A stretch of DNA of 64,000 nucleotides from Cyanobacteria bacterium P01_A01_bin.123 (lineage in GTDB: Bacteria > Cyanobacteriota > Cyanobacteriia > Phormidesmidales > Phormidesmidaceae). A program made the translations under genes and the position numbers. Where the stretch lies: assembly GCA_039815185.1 (NCBI GenBank), contig JBCBZT010000037.1, forward strand, positions 22,072 to 86,071, given 5' to 3'. This document shows positions 9,395-19,181 of the stretch, piece after piece (position 1 is the stretch's first letter; every line of letters starts with the position of its first letter). Under the pieces are notes generated by a model. The model had not been told where the DNA came from. It saw only the letters and a program-made list of their open reading frames with translations, and did not search any database.

Positions 9395-11113
9395 TTATTT
9401 TGCCTTTGATGCTTTTTTAGCGGTGGCCTTGTCTTTTTGCTTTTGTCGCTTAGCAGCAGCCTTGGCGGCTTTTGCGGCTTCGATGGCAGTAAGGCGAGCT
9501 TTTTCTTCTGCTTCTTCGACTTTGTCTAGGTAGTACTGGTAATCACCTCGGTAGAGATGGAGTTCGCCGTCGCGGATTTCAACAATCTTGGTGGCGACTT
9601 TGGAAATAAAGTAACGATCGTGAGAAACAATCAGCACTGTACCGTCGTAGTTTTGCAGTGCATCTTCTAAGGTTTCCTTGGCTGGGATGTCGAGGTGATT
9701 GGTCGGCTCATCTAGAATCAGTAAATTTGCTGGACACAGCAGCATCTTAGCCAGCGCAAGGCGGGCCTTTTCACCGCCGCTGAGGGCACTGACAGACTTA
9801 AACACCACATCTCCGCTAAACAAAAACTGTCCCAACAGCGTTCTGACCTCACCATTTTTCCAGTCAGGCACTTCGTCATGGATAGTGTCCATGACAGTTT
9901 TGCTGAGATCGAGGGCTTCAGCCTGATTTTGCTCAAAATAGCTGGGCATTACGTTGTGCTCTCCCAGCGTAACGCTGCCTTCTGTAGGCTTTTCTAGCCC
10001 CATCAGCAAACGCAGTAAGGTAGATTTACCAGCACCATTGGGGCCTAGAAAAGCGATGCGATCGCCCCGTTCCACCAACAGATTGGCCCCTAAGAAGAGA
10101 ATCTTTTCTCCATAGATGTGGGTTAGATCCTGAACTGTTACCACCTCACGACCACTACGAGGGGCAGGGGGAAATCGAAACTTCAAACCCCTAAGATCGG
10201 CTATGGGTGATTCGATGCGTTCGATTTTCTCTAGCTGCTTTTCACGGCTTTTGGCTTGGGTACTGCGGGTAGCACTGGCTCGGAAGCGTTCCACAAAAGC
10301 CTGCTGCTTTTCAATTTCCTTTTGCTGTTGCTCGTAGGCGCTGAGTTGGGCAGCGCTACTTTCGGCTTTTTGAGCCAGGTAGGTGCTGTAGTTACCTAAA
10401 TAGGTGGTAGAAGTGCCCCGTTCTGTTTCAACAATTTGAGTACAGAGACGATCGAGAAACTCTCGGTCATGGGAAACAATCACCATGGGGGTATTCAAAC
10501 CTTTGAGGTAGGTCTCTAGCCACTCAATGGTTTCGAGATCGAGGTGGTTAGTGGGCTCGTCAAGCAGTAGCAAGTCTGGCTTTAGCAACAGAATTTTGCC
10601 TAAACTCATTCGCATTTGCCAGCCACCACTAAAGGCACTCACTAAGCGATCGCTGTCTTCGGCCCCAAATCCCATCTCAGGCAAAATTTTCTCAATCCGG
10701 GCGTCGAGACCATAGCCGTCAAGGGCTTCAAACTGACGCTGTAGCCTATCCATCTGATTGATTAATTTTTCAAGCTCATCGGGCTCTGCTTGCTCCATGC
10801 GGTGGGGCATTTCAGTTAAGGCATGGTGCACGGCATTGGCTTCTTCAAAGACCGTCCAAAATTCTTCGCGCACGGTACGGCTGGGGTCAACTTCAAACTC
10901 TTGGGTCAGGTAGCCAATATGTAACTCTGCCGGACGCACAATCGTACCTGTGGTGGGTTCGATCAACCCCATGACGATTTTGAGCTGGGTTGATTTACCC
11001 GCACCATTGACACCCACTAACCCAATGCGATCGCCGGGTTTGACTTCCCAGTTAACATCTTTGAGAATCTCCCCGGTGGGGTACATTTTGCTGATGTGTT
11101 CTAATCGCAGCAC
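9395..11113 (-). CDS. ABC-F family ribosome-associated ATPase
   Basis: Two ABC domains (GVNGAGKST, FSGGW, LLLDEPTNHLD; GPNGAGKST, LSGGE), no TM segments, basic C-terminal tail. Confidence 0.95.
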   Translation of the reverse strand: MLRLEHISKMYPTGEILKDVNWEVKPGDRIGLVGVNGAGKSTQLKIVMGLIEPTTGTIVRPAELHIGYLTQEFEVDPSRTVREEFWTVFEEANAVHHALTEMPHRMEQAEPDELEKLINQMDRLQRQFEALDGYGLDARIEKILPEMGFGAEDSDRLVSAFSGGWQMRMSLGKILLLKPDLLLLDEPTNHLDLETIEWLETYLKGLNTPMVIVSHDREFLDRLCTQIVETERGTSTTYLGNYSTYLAQKAESSAAQLSAYEQQQKEIEKQQAFVERFRASATRSTQAKSREKQLEKIERIESPIADLRGLKFRFPPAPRSGREVVTVQDLTHIYGEKILFLGANLLVERGDRIAFLGPNGAGKSTLLRLLMGLEKPTEGSVTLGEHNVMPSYFEQNQAEALDLSKTVMDTIHDEVPDWKNGEVRTLLGQFLFSGDVVFKSVSALSGGEKARLALAKMLLCPANLLILDEPTNHLDIPAKETLEDALQNYDGTVLIVSHDRYFISKVATKIVEIRDGELHLYRGDYQYYLDKVEEAEEKARLTAIEAAKAAKAAAKRQKQKDKATAKKASKAK

Positions 11114-11350
11114 TGTTCCCCATCCCCTTGTTTAAAGTCTTCAGTCAACTTTGCCACCAATCAGATCCCCCTCAGGCAGGAATTTATACGGCAGCGGAGC
11201 CCATCGGCAGCAAGCAGCCATCAAGACCTTAACAAATTTTCTTAACAAATTGTAAGTGACCAAATCACATCCGATTTGAGTAGGGTCACATAGCTGTGCA
11301 CACGCTACAGAAAAACTATAGAGCTGGATGGGGAAGAGGGGTTAGGTCAA

Positions 11351-12088
11351 TCATTCAGCCCTGGCATCAGTAACCGATTGATCAACGATTGCGTCAAGCT
11401 CTACTGACGTCAAAAATTCTTGCCAGCGCTGCTGAATATCAACATCTTCAGGATTCTCGTTACGCAGGGCAACAAAACTGTCTAGCGCATCAAACCAAAA
11501 ACCATTTTCGGCATATAAACGGGCCTGCTGGGATAAATCTGCATTCGCCAGTTGAGCCACAAGCTCATCTTCAGGGGCAACTCGCTGTACCCAACTCAAC
11601 GTCCGCAAAGCTGCTCGAGGACTATTGACATCACAAATTAGCGCCACCGACCACTGATAGTCTTGGCCATAGTCGAGGGGAGCAACACCGACATCTTCAG
11701 GCAATGAAAATCTGACAATCCCCGCTGTTTGCTGAGACGGCATTACCGAGCGGTAGAGCAGTTGGCGATTTTCACCCGTTGCGTCGGTCTTAAACAGACT
11801 AAATTCCATCAGGGGAGACGTGTTGTTAGGCACGTAGGCATAAAAATTTGGATAATCTTGGGTGGTATAGCCCAAATTAGAGTCTGGAATCATCGCCATC
11901 AGCCGGGGGGGGACCCCAGACAAACAACCCCTCACACCTCCCCCAACCCGGTTTCCAGGTCTACCGGGGTTGCTCGGGACAAAGCCGTTGGCCAAAACGG
12001 CAGGGGCAAAGATCCCTGACATCATCCAGATGAAACTAACCAACAGGCCAACGAGAACATTACGGGAGCATCCCTTGCAAAAAGTCAT
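11351..12088 (-). CDS. DUF928 domain protein
   Basis: Signal peptide, GGGVRG motif, P.FYAYVP, YQWSVALIC, YAENGFWFDAL. Confidence 0.88.
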   Translation of the reverse strand: MTFCKGCSRNVLVGLLVSFIWMMSGIFAPAVLANGFVPSNPGRPGNRVGGGVRGCLSGVPPRLMAMIPDSNLGYTTQDYPNFYAYVPNNTSPLMEFSLFKTDATGENRQLLYRSVMPSQQTAGIVRFSLPEDVGVAPLDYGQDYQWSVALICDVNSPRAALRTLSWVQRVAPEDELVAQLANADLSQQARLYAENGFWFDALDSFVALRNENPEDVDIQQRWQEFLTSVELDAIVDQSVTDARAE

Positions 12089-12223
12089 AGCTTTGGATGT
12101 GAGCGATTTGTTTTGAAGCAGAGCAAACTGTCAAATTTGGTAGTTACCTTTGTATTATCCGCCTTCGATGAATAGTCTTCCGGCTGGTTACAATTTTTGA
12201 GTCGGATCCTCAAATGAGCAACT

Positions 12224-12919
12224 GTGAAAAATGCGTTAGTTATTGTCCATCAAGACACCTCTGATTCAGGTCGCATCGGCCAAATTTTAAGCCAGCGGGG
12301 TTATCAGCTCGATCAGCGTTGCCCAGCTATCGGTGACGCCTTACCCGAAACCCGAGAGGCGATCGCAGCCTATGATGCCATTGTCGTCTTTGGTGGCCCT
12401 ATGAGCGCTAATGATGATGACACCCTACCGTTTATTCGGCAAGAAATGGACTTAATTGCCCAGGTGGTGAAAGCCGAGCGACCCTTTTTGGGAATTTGTT
12501 TGGGGGCACAACTGCTAGCTCGGGTCTTAGGCAGCCGCGTCTCACCTCACCCAGATGCCATGCGAGAAATTGGCTATCACCCGATTGACCCAACCTCAGC
12601 AGGACAAGCTTGGTTTGATCAACCGATGCACGTTTATCAATGGCACAAAGAAGGCTTCGATCTGCCTGCAGGTGCAACGTTGCTTGCTACGGGGCAAACC
12701 TTTGTCAATCAAGCGTTTCGCTATGGTAAATCGGCTTATGGATTGCAATTTCATCCCGAAATTACTCGCAATATGATCGAAACTTGGACAACTAAAGCTG
12801 CTGATCAACTGGTGTTACCCGGGGCAAAGTCCCAAGCCTCCCACTTTAGCGATCATGACACCTACGAAGCCGAAGTATGTCGGTGGCTCAATCAATTCAT
12901 CGATCAATGGTTCTCGTGA
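12224..12919 (+). CDS. class I glutamine amidotransferase-like protein
   Basis: GGPMS, LGICLGAQ (catalytic Cys), QFHPE. Confidence 0.92.
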   Translation: MKNALVIVHQDTSDSGRIGQILSQRGYQLDQRCPAIGDALPETREAIAAYDAIVVFGGPMSANDDDTLPFIRQEMDLIAQVVKAERPFLGICLGAQLLARVLGSRVSPHPDAMREIGYHPIDPTSAGQAWFDQPMHVYQWHKEGFDLPAGATLLATGQTFVNQAFRYGKSAYGLQFHPEITRNMIETWTTKAADQLVLPGAKSQASHFSDHDTYEAEVCRWLNQFIDQWFS

Positions 12920-12961
12920 CTGGGCACATGGCACAATGAGTTGTCCTCAAGCATCGGGTCT

Positions 12962-13312
12962 ATGTCTTCACAGATTACGCTCAACTTATTAGAAGGCTCT
13001 GTTCGCATGAGTTTTTCGGTGAATGCGGCCCGTGAACTCAAAGCAGCCTTGGGTGATTTGGTGTCAAAACTTAAAGCGATCGCGTTGGCAAAGTCGGGCA
13101 GAAGTGGGGCGATATCACCTCAAAAACCAATGGAGTTTCGCCATGCGGGAGAAATCTTTTTAGAGGTATTTTGCAACCCCAACATTTGGCCTAGCCCATT
13201 TGCAGCCAAGGTGTTGTTAACCGTACGCGATGATCGCATTCGCCTCAGTACCGAAGCTGAGTTGACGCGCTTAATTGAAGACGTAAACCAGTATTTAGAG
13301 CAGGTAGACTGA
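12962..13312 (+). CDS. conserved cyanobacterial hypothetical protein
   Basis: LNLLEGSV, FLEVFCNPNIWPSPFAAKVL pattern. Confidence 0.8.
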   Translation: MSSQITLNLLEGSVRMSFSVNAARELKAALGDLVSKLKAIALAKSGRSGAISPQKPMEFRHAGEIFLEVFCNPNIWPSPFAAKVLLTVRDDRIRLSTEAELTRLIEDVNQYLEQVD

Positions 13313-13513
13313 CGGGCGGCTAGCCCATCAACGTGGGAAATTGTGTTCTATAAGGCAAGGTAGAATGAAGGCGATCGCTAGTATGAGTTCTAATGCCCTG
13401 TTAATTGGCTATTGATGAAGATTACTGGCGTATAGGGCGCAACGGCCCTCTAGGATTAATCCCTGACCTTCGCATACTGTTGTTGTTGTTGCACGAGCAT
13501 TGCAGAGCCACCC

Positions 13514-13900
13514 ATGAATCCTGATAACATCGGCGAAATTCTACAGAAAGGACTACACGTCACACTAGGGGCGACCGCAACCCTAGTTGAAGCGATTCAA
13601 GACCCTGCCAAGCAAAGCGAGAGATTTTCTGAAATCAACGGCGACTGGAATCGTTTGGCAGAAGACCTCGCGATTAAAGGGCAAACGACAGAGGACGAAG
13701 CGCGCACGTTCGTTGATGGCGTGATGGCCCAAATGCCCAATCCTTTTACACCCGGTGGCACACCGGGCACCGCGACGGTAGATACCGTGGCCAGACCCAC
13801 AACCGATCCGGGCATGCAGGCAGAGTTGGAAGATCTAACGCAGCAACTGGCTGTCTTGCGTCAAGAAATTGAGAACTTACGAAATAATCCTGACGCTTAG
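13514..13900 (+). CDS. cyanobacterial hypothetical protein with C-terminal coiled coil
   Basis: 128 aa; LQKG.HVTLGA, LA.KG..TE.EAR.FVD, helical C-terminus. Confidence 0.75.
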   Translation: MNPDNIGEILQKGLHVTLGATATLVEAIQDPAKQSERFSEINGDWNRLAEDLAIKGQTTEDEARTFVDGVMAQMPNPFTPGGTPGTATVDTVARPTTDPGMQAELEDLTQQLAVLRQEIENLRNNPDA

Positions 13901-14000
13901 CGTTGATAGCGTTTTCTAGACAGCCTTGCCCCGTTAGCGGTGAGGCTGTTTGTTTATTGGCAAGACGGACGCTACCGCTGGTACTGCGGCGGCTGAGATT

Positions 14001-14275
14001 TTGGCGATAGACGATGCTTTAGCGGTACTCGATAGCCTCTCGCCTACCCCACCCCTAACAACGTTACAAGCGCAGCTCATCCGGGGCACTTGGGATAGGG
14101 TTGACCTATGGCGACATTGCTCAAAAAACGGGTTATGACACCGACTACCTCAAGTTTGTAGGGAGCCAGCTTTGGCGGGCGCTTTCAAAGCGCCTGAATC
14201 AACCCGTCAGCAAGTCTAACTTCTGTCTAACTTCTGGGCTGTGCTGAACCAGCAAAACCAGGCTCAGGTCTTGAC
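14001..14275 (+). pseudogene. frameshifted N-terminal HTH-like fragment of a cyanobacterial NB-ARC/AAA-type protein
   Basis: LTTLQAQLIRGTWD-(frameshift ~14100)-LTYGDIAQKTGYDTDYLKFVGSQLWRALSKRLNQPVSKSNF; 11-bp duplication GTCTAACTTCT at 14214-14235. Confidence 0.75.
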
Positions 14276-14386
14276 AGCGGCCTGTCTACACTGACCTCAA
14301 ATTGCCCGCATCGATTACGGCATGTCTGAAACAACCCAAGTTGTGATTCGAGGTAAGAACGAAACCTATAGCAAATCACTTTGAAA

Positions 14387-14650
14387 CTACTTCACCGAAA
14401 AAGGAGTGGCGTAAATTCGAGCAATGCTAAATTCCAGTGTGGTCGTCTGGTTCTCCCAGGCGAGTCTTTCAATCACAATATCAGCATGGGCCAGCCAGTT
14501 TTCGTCCACGAGGCAGATAGGCACATCCAACGGAAAGAGACGATACCCCTCTTTTTGAACTTGATGGCAGGCACCTATTGCTAATAAGGCAGGATAGCCC
14601 TGGGTAGGCTTGAGTTTTAGGATGCTGTTGATTTCGCAGGGCATTCCCAT
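14387..14650 (-). CDS. DUF2584 family protein
   Basis: MGMPCEINSILKL start, KEGYRLFPLDVPI. Confidence 0.75.
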   Translation of the reverse strand: MGMPCEINSILKLKPTQGYPALLAIGACHQVQKEGYRLFPLDVPICLVDENWLAHADIVIERLAWENQTTTLEFSIARIYATPFSVK

Positions 14651-14831
14651 GGGCGATCGCGCTGAATGGTGAGGTCAAGGGTGCTTAAGCGGTCAACATT
14701 TACCACACCGCTAGCATCATGTATAGCAGTAGCCACAAAGCTTTGTGCGCTACCGCGAGCCAGATTGCTTGTGGACTAAGCATCCTGGCGATACTCGGTG
14801 CATTAAGCAATCTGGCCAGCGCCATATCTCC

Positions 14832-16181
14832 TTAAGACCGCTCATAGGCCAACTCTCCTAAAATATAAGTCGCCTGCACGGCACGATCATCCCCCATCAT
14901 CACCAATGAAAAGGCCCGATCTGCCAGTTCCTTTAGAGAACTTGGGGGTGAGGGGGTGTTGCGAAAGGCCATCAGCGGCGTCGCGCGCGGATCGAGCACG
15001 ATAAAGTCTGCCGCTTTACCGACATCAAAACTGCCAATAGTGTCATCCAGATAGAGTGCCCTCGCGCCGCCCAGGGTCGCTAGAAACAAAGCTTTAAAAG
15101 GGGAAAGCTTTTGTCGGCGCAGCTGCGCCACTTTGTAAGCCTCATTAGCGGTTTGCAGGATGGAAAAGCTCGTTCCTGCGCCAACATCTGTCCCTAGGCC
15201 AACTTTGACGGGGTGCTCTGTTGATTTTGCCTGCTCTAGTTTGAACAGACCGCTACCGAGAAACAAATTTGAGGTCGGGCAAAAAGCAATGGCTGCCTGG
15301 GCCTCCGAAAGCCGTTGAAATTCGGCATCAGTGAGTTGAACCCCGTGGGCAAAGACCGATCGCGCTTTCACCAGCCCCGCCTGATCGTAAGCATCAAGAT
15401 AGCCCTGGCAATCTGGAAAAAGCTGTTTCACCCAGGCCACTTCATCCACGTTCTCACAAAGATGGGTGTGCAGATAGACGTCTGGAAACTCCGCCAACAG
15501 CTGCCCCGCTAACCGCAATTGTTCATCGGTGGAGGTAATTGCAAAACGAGGCGTGACCGCATAACGCAAGCGTCCCTGCTTATGCCATTTCTGAATCAGC
15601 GCCTTAGACTCCTGATAAGACGACACCGCTGAGTCACAGATAAAGTCTGGTGCGTTGCGATCCATCATTACCTTGCCCGCAATCATGCAGAGGTTGCGAT
15701 GCTCGGCAGCCTCAAAGAAGGCATCCACAGACTGCGGAAACACTGAGGCAAATACCAGCGCGGTGGTCGTACCATTCCGCAGCAGTTCATCTAGAAAGAT
15801 CTCCGCCACCTCACGGGCGTAGGCCTTGTCTTCAAATTTGCGTTCTGTGGGGAAGGTGTACTGATTGAGCCACTCCAGCAGTTGTTCGCCATAGGCTGCA
15901 ATCATCCCAGTTTGGGGATAGTGAATATGGGTATCGATAAATCCCGGTAGGATCAACCGTTCGGGATAGACCGTCGTGGGCACCTCGCCATACTCGGCTT
16001 GCAGCTCGGCATAGGCTCCAAAGGCCTTGATCTTGCCATCCGCCAGCACCATCAGTCCATCGGCACAATAACGGACGCTGTCTTCTTCAGACACATAAAA
16101 GGGATCGTCTACAAAATCTAGAAACGATCCGCGAATGGCTTTGAGGCGATGCTGACCCGATTGGCTTGCTAGAAAGGGCAT
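14832..16181 (-). CDS. guaD: guanine deaminase
   Basis: PGFIDTHIHYPQ, GEQLLEWL..YTFP.E, YAVTPRFA, HTHLCEN, GLGTDVGAG; ATG at 16181 preferred over 16253. Confidence 0.95.
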   Translation of the reverse strand: MPFLASQSGQHRLKAIRGSFLDFVDDPFYVSEEDSVRYCADGLMVLADGKIKAFGAYAELQAEYGEVPTTVYPERLILPGFIDTHIHYPQTGMIAAYGEQLLEWLNQYTFPTERKFEDKAYAREVAEIFLDELLRNGTTTALVFASVFPQSVDAFFEAAEHRNLCMIAGKVMMDRNAPDFICDSAVSSYQESKALIQKWHKQGRLRYAVTPRFAITSTDEQLRLAGQLLAEFPDVYLHTHLCENVDEVAWVKQLFPDCQGYLDAYDQAGLVKARSVFAHGVQLTDAEFQRLSEAQAAIAFCPTSNLFLGSGLFKLEQAKSTEHPVKVGLGTDVGAGTSFSILQTANEAYKVAQLRRQKLSPFKALFLATLGGARALYLDDTIGSFDVGKAADFIVLDPRATPLMAFRNTPSPPSSLKELADRAFSLVMMGDDRAVQATYILGELAYERS

Positions 16182-16283
16182 CTGAGGAGGGGGGAACAGG
16201 GGGGATGGGGGGATAGGGAGCTTGGGAGCAGGGGGGATGAGAAAAAGAGTCATCCACTCTCATCCTCCCATGCATGGCTTCTA

Positions 16284-16604
16284 CTAGCTGCCCTGGTAGG
16301 ACTGTTGCTCGCTCTGATAGGACTGCTCCTGCTGGGCATACTGGCTCTCTTGAGTACTGTCTTGGGCAGCAGCCTGATTTGACTGGTTATTGGCGTAGCT
16401 ATAGTCGCTGGCGTCTTGGGTTTGGCCATACTCAGTTTGACCGCTAGATTGGTCGCCAGATTGGGCATAGGACTGGCTGGCTTGCTGATTTTGGCTGTAG
16501 TCTTGAGCACCAGCCGTAGCGGATAGGGGTGCCCAAAGGACTGTGCTGACTGCGATAAATGCGATCGCGATCGCGACGAATATTCTACGAATCATCTTCT
16601 TCAT
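16284..16604 (-). CDS. secreted low-complexity Gln/Ser/Tyr-rich protein
   Basis: RBS AGGAG, basic N-region plus hydrophobic signal peptide ending ATA, mature part Q/S/Y/A-rich. Confidence 0.75.
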   Translation of the reverse strand: MKKMIRRIFVAIAIAFIAVSTVLWAPLSATAGAQDYSQNQQASQSYAQSGDQSSGQTEYGQTQDASDYSYANNQSNQAAAQDSTQESQYAQQEQSYQSEQQSYQGS

Positions 16605-16718
16605 ATCTCCTAAGGATTGAATTTGATTACACGGATGGGGAATATCGCAACCCGCAGCGTTTTCATTTAAAAACGGATGGCCAATAGTGACCCAAGTAGT
16701 AGTGGCTCAAGCCGTAGA

Positions 16719-17816
16719 TCAGTCCACTGGGGCATCGACTTCTGCACCGTCAGAGCCTGGTACCACAACTTCAACAGTGCCACCCGATTGAGCCCTCAAC
16801 CCCCGCGTCAAAGTGGCAACCGCTGCGGCAATCTGCTGCCGCTGATTCACCAAATAGACACTCACCAGCGTCAGGGCAACCCCAATCCACTGGAGTTGAG
16901 TCAACTGCTCACCCAAAAACAGATTGCTGAACAGGAGCGCAAACACAGGGGTCAAGAAGATCAGTGCACTGACGCTAGTCATATTGCCATTGGCCGCGAG
17001 ATAAAAGAACATGCCGTAGGTCAACGCCGTTCCGAATACAGTGGCATAGCCGAGGCCGAGCCAATCGCCTGGTAGCAAGTTAGAGACCTGATTGGTTTCC
17101 CACAAAACCGACATCACCGCCAGGGGAATCCCCCCCAAGATCATGTGCCAGCCCGTGGCCACGATCGGGTCTGCATGACGTTTCACATAGCCAACGATGA
17201 TCGTGCCTGCTGACATCGACAACGCTGACAGCAGCATCAATAATTCACCACTTTGCAGCAGACCGGCGACATCCCAGCCCCCACCCTCAGCACTCTGGAG
17301 CCAGCTTCCGAGGGGAATGCCACTCTCCATCAGGCTGTAAATCCACGCTTCAGGGAGTCCACACAGACTAATACCGGCAATGCCGATCGCCAAACCCAAC
17401 CATCCCCACAGCCCAATTAGATTACCAAAGAGAATCCGGGCCAATAAAGCCACCACGAGCGGTTGAGCATCAATTAAAACCGCACCCAGCCCTGCGCCCG
17501 TATTCACCAGTCCAGTGGTCAGCAGCCCTTGGAACATGGCCCCATCCACTAGGGCAAATAGGCCAATCCACAGCCAGGCCTTCCACGTTTTAGGCTGGGG
17601 CAACTTTAAAGCTGCCGCCACAATTAGCGTCAAAATACCGGCGGGTAGCAACCGAAATGCCGCTAAAAATAGGGGCGATGTGTGAGGAATGATGAATTTC
17701 ATCGCCACCATCGCCGTCCCCAGAAAGAAGAATGGCGCGACTAGAAAGATAGGCGATTTCGCCAAATCGGACTTCTGAATCTGCATAGGCGTGCGTGGGT
17801 TATCGTCTGTGGGCAT
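16719..17816 (-). CDS. DMT/EamA family transporter
   Basis: About 10 TM helices; APFF..GTAMVAMK, FRLLPAG, IDAQPL, FLTPVFAL. Confidence 0.9.
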   Translation of the reverse strand: MPTDDNPRTPMQIQKSDLAKSPIFLVAPFFFLGTAMVAMKFIIPHTSPLFLAAFRLLPAGILTLIVAAALKLPQPKTWKAWLWIGLFALVDGAMFQGLLTTGLVNTGAGLGAVLIDAQPLVVALLARILFGNLIGLWGWLGLAIGIAGISLCGLPEAWIYSLMESGIPLGSWLQSAEGGGWDVAGLLQSGELLMLLSALSMSAGTIIVGYVKRHADPIVATGWHMILGGIPLAVMSVLWETNQVSNLLPGDWLGLGYATVFGTALTYGMFFYLAANGNMTSVSALIFLTPVFALLFSNLFLGEQLTQLQWIGVALTLVSVYLVNQRQQIAAAVATLTRGLRAQSGGTVEVVVPGSDGAEVDAPVD

Positions 17817-17911
17817 TAATCACGGTCGACCGTGACCCACCGATTCTAAGGGGACAGCAATGTCTGCGAACGACAAGCTCGTTACCGTATCGGAACTCTA
17901 TTCCCTTGAGA

Positions 17912-17937
17912 ATTGTATACTGTATTTTGTATACAAT
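17912..17937. promoter_or_regulatory. putative GntR operator (tandem TGTATAC heptamers)
   Basis: ATTGTATACTGTATTTTGTATACAAT upstream of the EamA gene. Confidence 0.65.
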
Positions 17938-17988
17938 AGGCCGCAAACTTCAGGATTTGCTGACAAGGTAGGGGCACTGAGAGACGAC

Positions 17989-19080
17989 CTATCTGGTGGC
18001 GCAGGGTTGGGTCAGATTTTGCAGGGAGAGTGAGACGGGCTGGGCAGCGGTTGGTCGAGGGTCTCGGTTCGTTCGAGACTGCTCTATCTCGCCATGAGCT
18101 TTCAACAGAGCTGCTACTTTTTTGCGAATCATGATGCCGGGACGATCGGTAAACATGTGTTCTTCTCGGCTGGGATGCAGGGGTACATCGTAGTCGGTTG
18201 ACTCTAGAATGCGTTTGTCTTCTAGGGTGACGGCGCGATCAAAGGCAATCACGTCATCCGCAGGGGTATCTACTTCGGTATCGTTGCGGACGCAAAACTG
18301 CACCATCTGTGACCAGGTATCGCTAATCGGAGTCATCGTATTGACCACGATGTGAACCAAGCCATTGGGATAGGTAATTTTCAGCTTGATGGTAAAGGGC
18401 ATCAACCAGTCCATGGCTAGTGTGCGCAGGGTCTGTGCCTCAGACATTTTGAGATTTTGTTGCTGCAGAGCTGGGTTAACGACGCCTAGGGTGCCATAGA
18501 CATGAATTCCCCAGTCTGTTTCAGTAATCTCCAGTTCGTCTGGGGTAGGGTGATCTCCACTGCCAAAGGTTTCAGTGTGCACAAAGGTAGGATGGGCCAG
18601 ATCCAACTCGTTTTCCATCACGCGCAGTCCGGCACACTGCCAGGGTTCATAGAATTCTTGAATCAGACGGTAGTCCGGATCGCTGGCCTCACTAATTTCG
18701 GGAATGTCGATCAGCGGCTCATCGAGACACACCCAGATATAGCCATAGCGTTCGGCACAGCGATAGGATTCAACCCGATAGTTCGCCGGAACCTTGCCGT
18801 CGTCTTTGAGCTGAGGCACCCGAACACAAGTTCCAGCGGCATCAAACTCCCAACCGTGATAAGGACAGCAAATGCGACCCGCCTCGACCCGCCCCAATGA
18901 AAGCTTCGCGGTGCGGTGACAGCAGCGATCGCGCACCGCCGCCGGACTCCCCTGCTGATCTAGCCAAAGCACGAGGGGTTCGCCCAATAGTTCAAAGGCT
19001 TGCGGCCCCGCCATGAGATGCTGGCGGGGCATCACAGGATACCAAAAGCGACGGAATACGGGCTGCTGAGTGACTAACAT
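17989..19080 (-). CDS. Rieske non-heme iron oxygenase alpha subunit (VanA/NdmA/SxtT-like)
   Basis: Rieske ligands CCHR...CPYHGW; mononuclear Fe site ENELDLAHPTFVH and EDKRILE. Confidence 0.92.
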   Translation of the reverse strand: MLVTQQPVFRRFWYPVMPRQHLMAGPQAFELLGEPLVLWLDQQGSPAAVRDRCCHRTAKLSLGRVEAGRICCPYHGWEFDAAGTCVRVPQLKDDGKVPANYRVESYRCAERYGYIWVCLDEPLIDIPEISEASDPDYRLIQEFYEPWQCAGLRVMENELDLAHPTFVHTETFGSGDHPTPDELEITETDWGIHVYGTLGVVNPALQQQNLKMSEAQTLRTLAMDWLMPFTIKLKITYPNGLVHIVVNTMTPISDTWSQMVQFCVRNDTEVDTPADDVIAFDRAVTLEDKRILESTDYDVPLHPSREEHMFTDRPGIMIRKKVAALLKAHGEIEQSRTNRDPRPTAAQPVSLSLQNLTQPCATR

Positions 19081-19106
19081 AATGGGTTGATCCAAGAAAG
19101 CTTCTC

Positions 19107-19128
19107 TGCATTCTGTATACAGTACACA
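19107..19128. promoter_or_regulatory. putative GntR operator
   Basis: TGCATTC-TGTATAC-AGTACAC-A just upstream of the Rieske gene. Confidence 0.6.
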
Positions 19129-19181
19129 TCAAAACGTTTTTGTAAGACGTGATGCGATTTAGCTATTTTCCCCATCTCCCT

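Noticed and set aside
16182..16253. Pro-rich N-terminal extension of GuaD
   Set aside because: Derives from an intergenic G/C-skewed repeat tract; ATG at 16181 is more plausible
19142..19155. NtcA-like GTA-N8-TGC upstream of the Rieske gene
   Set aside because: Mismatch to consensus and no correctly spaced -10 box
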